DNA from: Trichosphaerium sp. ATCC 40318 | Lineage: Eukaryota; Protista; Tubulinea | DNA length: 64,000 nt | Assembly (NCBI GenBank): GCA_038496445.1 | Contig: JALMLS010000276.1 | Coordinates: 29,868-93,867, forward strand | Direction of reading: 5' to 3' | Part shown: positions 58,377-64,000 of the stretch, in pieces | How positions within the stretch are numbered: position 1 is the stretch's first letter | Layout of the letters: each line of letters starts with the position of its first letter | Position numbers and translations under genes: made by a program | Notes under the pieces: model-generated | Seen by the model: only the letters and a program-made list of their open reading frames with translations | Told to the model about the DNA's origin: nothing | The model's database searches: none

Positions 58377-60582
58377 TCAAGCGACTTTAAGGTCCATGAC
58401 TGCGCCTTTCTTTACGGTATGACTTTTGTCATAAAAAAACAGTTTACCGTTAACAACATCTACTCCCTTATGAAGAAGCAATGTTTTGGTGAAAGTATAC
58501 AACACCAAACCTGTCTTAACACAATGAACATTCACGTTGACAAGTTTACCTCTGTTCGCTGCAATCCCAAGCCATACTTTGTTTTCAAAGTCAAAGAAAT
58601 TCACAAAGGAACTAATATGAGGTACTTCAGGTCCTGTTTTGCTTATCCATACTCTTTGCTTTGTTCTTACATTATAAAGCGATACACTCTTATTCTTTTC
58701 AGGCGACATTGTAAAGAAATAACCTTTATAAAAAACAATTAGAGGCAGAAGCAAACAAAAAAAAAAAAAAAAAAAAAAAAAGAAAAGCAGAGCTTAGTGT
58801 AGTACAATTTGTTCAATCCTACTTTTTTCTTCCCCGTCCCACAGAAACACGTTACGTTTTTGCAAGCTAGGTTATAAAAACAATATTTCAAGGCAAAGGG
58901 AGAAAAAACTGAGAATATGAATGATTTGAGCTGTACAGATCAGCTTTTCTTGGAAAAACAAAAAGGCAATCTCAGATTTTGTATAAACTTATTGACCATA
59001 CCTTGTTCTGGGTAGTATACCCGTGTACTAGAGAACCTAGATACTACATTTTCGGTAATAAGATATGATTTTCCTGTTTTGAGAAAGTACAATCTTTGAC
59101 CTGGTGTCTTAAAACTTGAATACCAAATGAAGTCTTCATTTTTAGATCTATAAACTTGTAATTGTGGGTTGAATCCAACATTTAACAAAACATCACATTT
59201 TGAAGGCTGAGAAAATAGGTAAATGGTAAACAATTAGAAATACAATAAGCATACCTCGCTGACAAGCCATAACTGGGTTTGCTTTTGATATATCAACCCT
59301 TGTGATGTTACACCGATATATTCACAATTATAGTCCAATACTCTATGATCTACTTCAGTAGGTTTGATTACAATCGCTCTATAAGTCAACCCGTTAACAG
59401 AATAGTCTTGGAAAATAAGGAAAATACTTTTTTTGCTTCTTCAATCCAACAAGTGAATAGTACATAAACGACTTGCGAAGATAACTACCAAATTCCTAGT
59501 ATCCTTGTAAGTATATTAACATAACAAGTTTTATTGTACCAAAATTATGAAATCCTTGTAAACAGCAATAGAGCTGACCTGTCCTGTATACTCAAGTGTG
59601 TATTTATGCCGAACATTCTTTATTCCAGACATTGTGTACACCTTACACTTGTTGCCTACTAACCGGGTTGAAGCCACTGTTAGTGTATCATTGTTATCTG
59701 TTAAGATAAGTTAATAATTGTCAATAGCTACGAATGTATCGTACGTACAGTCTTGGTAAACAGCCATTATATCTCCTTCAAAATACGACGAAATACCAGA
59801 GCATTTCAATGTTTTAAGGTCCAAGGAAAACACTGTTCCAGGTTTACGTGAAATAAACCCTAATAAATCTTCGTGTTTAGACCTCGTTTTTAGCATAACT
59901 TTCTCTCCACCAAGAACAGTAGCAAGAGTAGAGGCGTTCTTGAAACGCCTAATATCATCATTAAGAAAAAAACGAGAAAATCCTAGCAATAAAAAAAACA
60001 CTTACGCCTCCCATTGTTTTCCAACTGCACGTGATAATGCCAAGCCTCTTGGAGATTGTCTTACCCGTATCCCACCTTTATCAGTTTTATACCTCACCTG
60101 AATATCTTGAGGCAGTGTCTTCAACCATAGCCTTTCATCCTGAAGGATATTGAACCAAGTCAGGCAAACAAGTCTAGTAAACACTTAGTACTGCTGACAC
60201 TTTGGAGAGCTCAATGTCGAAAAGTCAGACAATAGTCTGTATTAGTCCAGTCATACTCGAAGTCTCGCCATTTTGACACTGGTAAGAACCCAAGTACTTC
60301 AACAATGCACTCAAGAGGTACACAGTAAATATGAGAAGTATCGCCGACTTTTGGCGCTGGAGTTGAGATTTCTTGTGGTGTTGCGCGTGTTTGGTGTTTA
60401 CGCCGTTGGTGGGGTGCTTGATTATCATTTTGAGCATCGTTTGATTCAAACGAAGCGTTTAGCGGTAGTTTTTGCTTAGTAGTGTACGGATTGACTGTAA
60501 TACGCGACGTAAGCTCAATGTACAATAATCTATGATCTAAAAACAGCGTACACGGCTCATCTATGCTAAATTCCTCCGCCAT
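58377..60582 (-). CDS. F-box protein with a beta-rich (propeller-like) C-terminus, multi-exon
   Basis: VPLECIVEVLGFLP...RLVCLTWFNILQDERLW F-box followed by beta-strand-rich exons. Confidence 0.7.
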
Positions 60583-61556
60583 CAGTGGTAACGTTATGTA
60601 TTTTTCTTTACAAGTATTAGTGTTGCTCTCAGCACAGTTTTAGACAATTGGGTAAAAAGTTGTGTTCCCAATTAAGCGAGTGTAGCCAAATGGCTGTACG
60701 TGTTTTTCTCCGTTACAGACTTAGTGAGACTCACATAAATCAACTACAAACAGCCTACAACGCTTATAAAGAACATGGCGAGCAGCAATCACCCACATCC
60801 CCCAAAAATTTCCTTTTCAATTTGTGAAAAATACTGTAAAACTTTTCTTTTATTTTCCAAGTGTTTCTTGTATAATAGATAACAAATGCTTGGCGCTGCC
60901 CTAGAGCCACAAGACATTTTGTCTTCCCCAACATCGTCTAAGTTGAGTTCCTTTGGTTAGTTGATAGAAGAGAGTAGACTTAGTGTAATAACTCTAATGC
61001 GAAAAAAAGGTGAAAACAGCATATTTCACGTACACAAAACGACAACATTTAGTAAATTAAGACTTTACTTTTCAAATAGATCTAGATAATACCAAGAGAT
61101 GGAGGTATGGCAAACTGAAAAAGGCAAGAGCTGCAAAAAACAATTGTATGCCTTTACCTTGTTGCACGTGAAAATTACCAAACAATATTGTTGTCGTAGG
61201 TCCACCAAGGAGCTTAGAGTCCAAACATGAGTTCATAATTTTAATAAAACTTGTTGCAAAGGCGGTACTGACTAATTTTTGAAAAATGTAGTTTCTTAAT
61301 CGCTTAATTGAATTACAACAACTCAAACGCTGGTACTCGTTGAGCTAAGCCTATAATGTCCGCTGGTGTGAATAGAGCCCGGCTTTTTGAATAAAAAAAG
61401 CAAATTTAGAAATAAGTTTCAACCCCTTACCACGTGATTGTTGGACCCTTTTGAATGCACAAGTGCGTCATAAAATGTTACCTCAGTATTGAGCTAGATG
61501 CTTATTTGGTCAGATTGCTTATTATGACAATAGATATTAAAAGACGAGAAACTTTT

Positions 61557-63344
61557 TTATTTGTTTTCTAATTCAATAGTGTCTTGGAGTGCTTTAACCT
61601 CCTTATTTATTTTTTCCATAGCTTGCTCGCGACGCTCTAGTTCTTCATCTTCTTCTTTTTTTTCTGGTACTTGCTCTACAGCATTGTTCAATAGTAAAGA
61701 TGTGATAACAAGAGAAGAGTCCTTAAGTGTTGACTGAGATCCGGTTTTATGGAGAGATAAGTGTAGATATGTTGAAATGTTGTCTGACAATGTCTGGCCA
61801 TCCCGATCTACTCTCAAGAGACGTTCCATTGAATACTCTTGGAGGTACCTTTCTACAACACCTTCACCTTTTAACTTTTCAACTAACAACTTGAAGAAAC
61901 CGTCAATAATCAACAACAGAACGCAGATTGTTTTTTTAAGTAATGTACCTTATCAGCTTCTCTCATCTCTACTAACCGCTTGTTAATACGCCTTATCGCT
62001 AACTTCTTACTAGGTAAAATCTATATAAAGTAGTAAGAAAATATAAGAGCTTAGCTGCCAAATCAATATACCTGCACCAGCCTACAACAGGTGTTAATAA
62101 AAAAGAGCGAAATGAAAAAGTTTACGATTGCAAAAAAAAAACCAAAATGACATTAATCCTATACATTGAACTTGTATTAATAACGTACCTCAATGAACGA
62201 CATATTTTCCTTAGTTGGCTCAAATTAAAAGAATCCAAGCCAATCAAATTGATTATAGAAACACTTTTTTTAACATCTTCTTCAGTGATAGCATAACCAT
62301 TTTCGACCTTAAAGAAAACCATTAATAAAATGCCACGTGCTTTCAAAAGATTAAACGCAATCATATGTACCTTTTCTAGTATTTCTTGAAACTTTGTCGC
62401 TGAAGCAAGGATCACATTCTTAGATGCACGACTACCCAAGAGTGTCTTTAACTTATCCATCTCAAAATCAGTTAAGTCAGTATCTCTTTCTAACTTTCTT
62501 TGAAGAACCAAAAGCGTATCATCCTCGGTGTTATTTGGTGTATTTTTTACTAATATATTAGATATCGCACTATGAAGCGTAGGTAATACAGTGGAAGATA
62601 GCTTGTGTTTTCTGGAAATATCACGATTTAATATTCTGAACCAAACTTTCCATGACCAAAGAGTTGTCGGCATACACTCTGGCCATACAAATCTATATGT
62701 AAGTATCATAGGTAATGCAGCTATTATTCCTGGTGATAGTTTTGAGAACATAAGTGGGAATAATAGAAAGAATGGTATGGAGTACTAAACAACATCAGAA
62801 AAAATCAAGAATCAACATTGGTTGGTAAATTTTTTCTCTCATTGCGTTTTAGGGTCCTGTGGCCATTTTGAGCGTACTTTTATATTTAAACTCGATTTAC
62901 GTATTGTCTGGAATTCAGCAAACTTTAGTTTTTCACCTTTTAAGCGTTTTAGTTGGATTTGGCTTTATGTCATATGTTGACACTGTACATCAACAAGCGT
63001 ACTGACATACCTCGTGAACGCTTTTTTTTAAACTTTCTAGCTCGATAGGCATCTATTGGAATGAGATATAAGCCTTTGTAGTAGCGGTGAATTTTGTCTA
63101 ATATTCTATGTACGGTTATTATGAGCGTATGCGAGTACTGCACCTTTCTTGTTTTAGCCGTTGCTTCTGTTCTTGAGATAAATACCTACAAACCACTACA
63201 GGAGACGTTTTACGTTTCTGTACGCTTTTAATTGCAATATTATTGCGGTTGTACGCATAATTGCTGCGCCGAACGCCAACTACACAAATATTAATTATAA
63301 CGCGCTTAGAACGATTCTAAACAATGATTACCCCTAGTAAGCAT
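61557..63344 (-). CDS. LETM1-domain mitochondrial protein, multi-exon
   Basis: Arg-rich presequence, HRYYKGLYLIPIDA...GEKLKFAE, WPECMPTTL, LDSFNLSQLRKICRSL and EMREAD, consistent with the LETM1 domain. Confidence 0.65.
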
Positions 63345-64000
63345 GCAAGAATGAGCTTTAGACGCAAATTACAATTGTCTAAACTCGTGTACCATTCTTG
63401 ACTCAAAATACTCCATTTTTCTTTGGCAGAAATTGAAATAGAGCACGTGACCTTAAGGTGCAGCATTGCATGTCAATTGTGTAATGAAAGTAACTATACA
63501 ATCGAGACAATAGCAGGCATACAAACTAGCAATGATTGTTTTGAGCTAGTACATAGGTATCGCCTGCCCAACTACAACATTGTTTTGGTGGACACATTCT
63601 CAGTATTAGTAAACTATTGGGTTACCAATAGAGTTCAAAGCAACCTCTCTTTTGTTTGCAGTGTGTTCTTGAAGGTTGGTGGCATTTCTATGTCGGTATT
63701 GGCGGAAAAACAACAACTTGGAAGACAATGAAAACCACAAAAGCTAGTGGTTATATGCACATTACAAAACAGTTCACTTCTTTCCATCTCAATACCTGCA
63801 TTATTCAACAATTCACAGAGAATTGTTGCCAAAATGGTGTGTTCATTAAACATAATTGCCAAAAACTATGGAAAAAAAAGAGGTTTACAACAGGTAATGG
63901 GTTCTATCAAAAGTACATATCTACAATGCAGTTGCTAGAGTGCTGAGAAGGTATGGAATTAGTTCAAGTTCAACAAATCCGGGTATGAGGAACTTTGTAT

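Noticed and set aside
60720-61330. Possible small spliced gene on the minus strand
   Set aside because: Splice-like signals exist, but I could not build a consistent frame or recognise a product.
63423-63946. Overlapping short ORFs at the window end
   Set aside because: No recognisable motifs, mostly non-ATG starts, and no coherent exon chain.
174-63946. Most 60-130 aa entries in the ORF track
   Set aside because: They are antisense shadows or single exons read into introns (poly-F/poly-K tails from T/A runs), not independent genes.

Overview
This is compact, AT-rich (roughly 35% GC by eye), intron-rich eukaryotic DNA, most plausibly from an amoeboid protist. The Amoebozoa assignment is an inference from the Zn2Cys6 TF, GTACG-type donors, short introns and gene content. 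The window holds about 20 multi-exon genes, including VPS16, an ArfGAP, a DH-PH RhoGEF, an SDR, BRCC36, a divergent G-alpha, a PTTG1IP-like protein, an arylsulfatase, an ABBA aromatic prenyltransferase, a GH27 alpha-galactosidase, another secreted glycoside hydrolase, a LETM1-domain protein and several surface proteins. Scattered between them are 7 intact and 3 decayed members of one nearly intron-free F-box/LRR family. These show hypervariable LRR faces and patchwork identity, suggesting a diversifying substrate-receptor repertoire with pseudogenes as possible donors. Other signals: a hAT-type MITE with an 8-bp TSD; a tRNA-Asp inside a VPS16 intron; folded stems in most unusually long introns; roughly 10-fold excess of CACGTG; and a three-copy structured repeat flanking a spliced 8-Cys secreted peptide gene that the ORF track misses. 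Exon boundaries were read by eye, so some gene ends are approximate.
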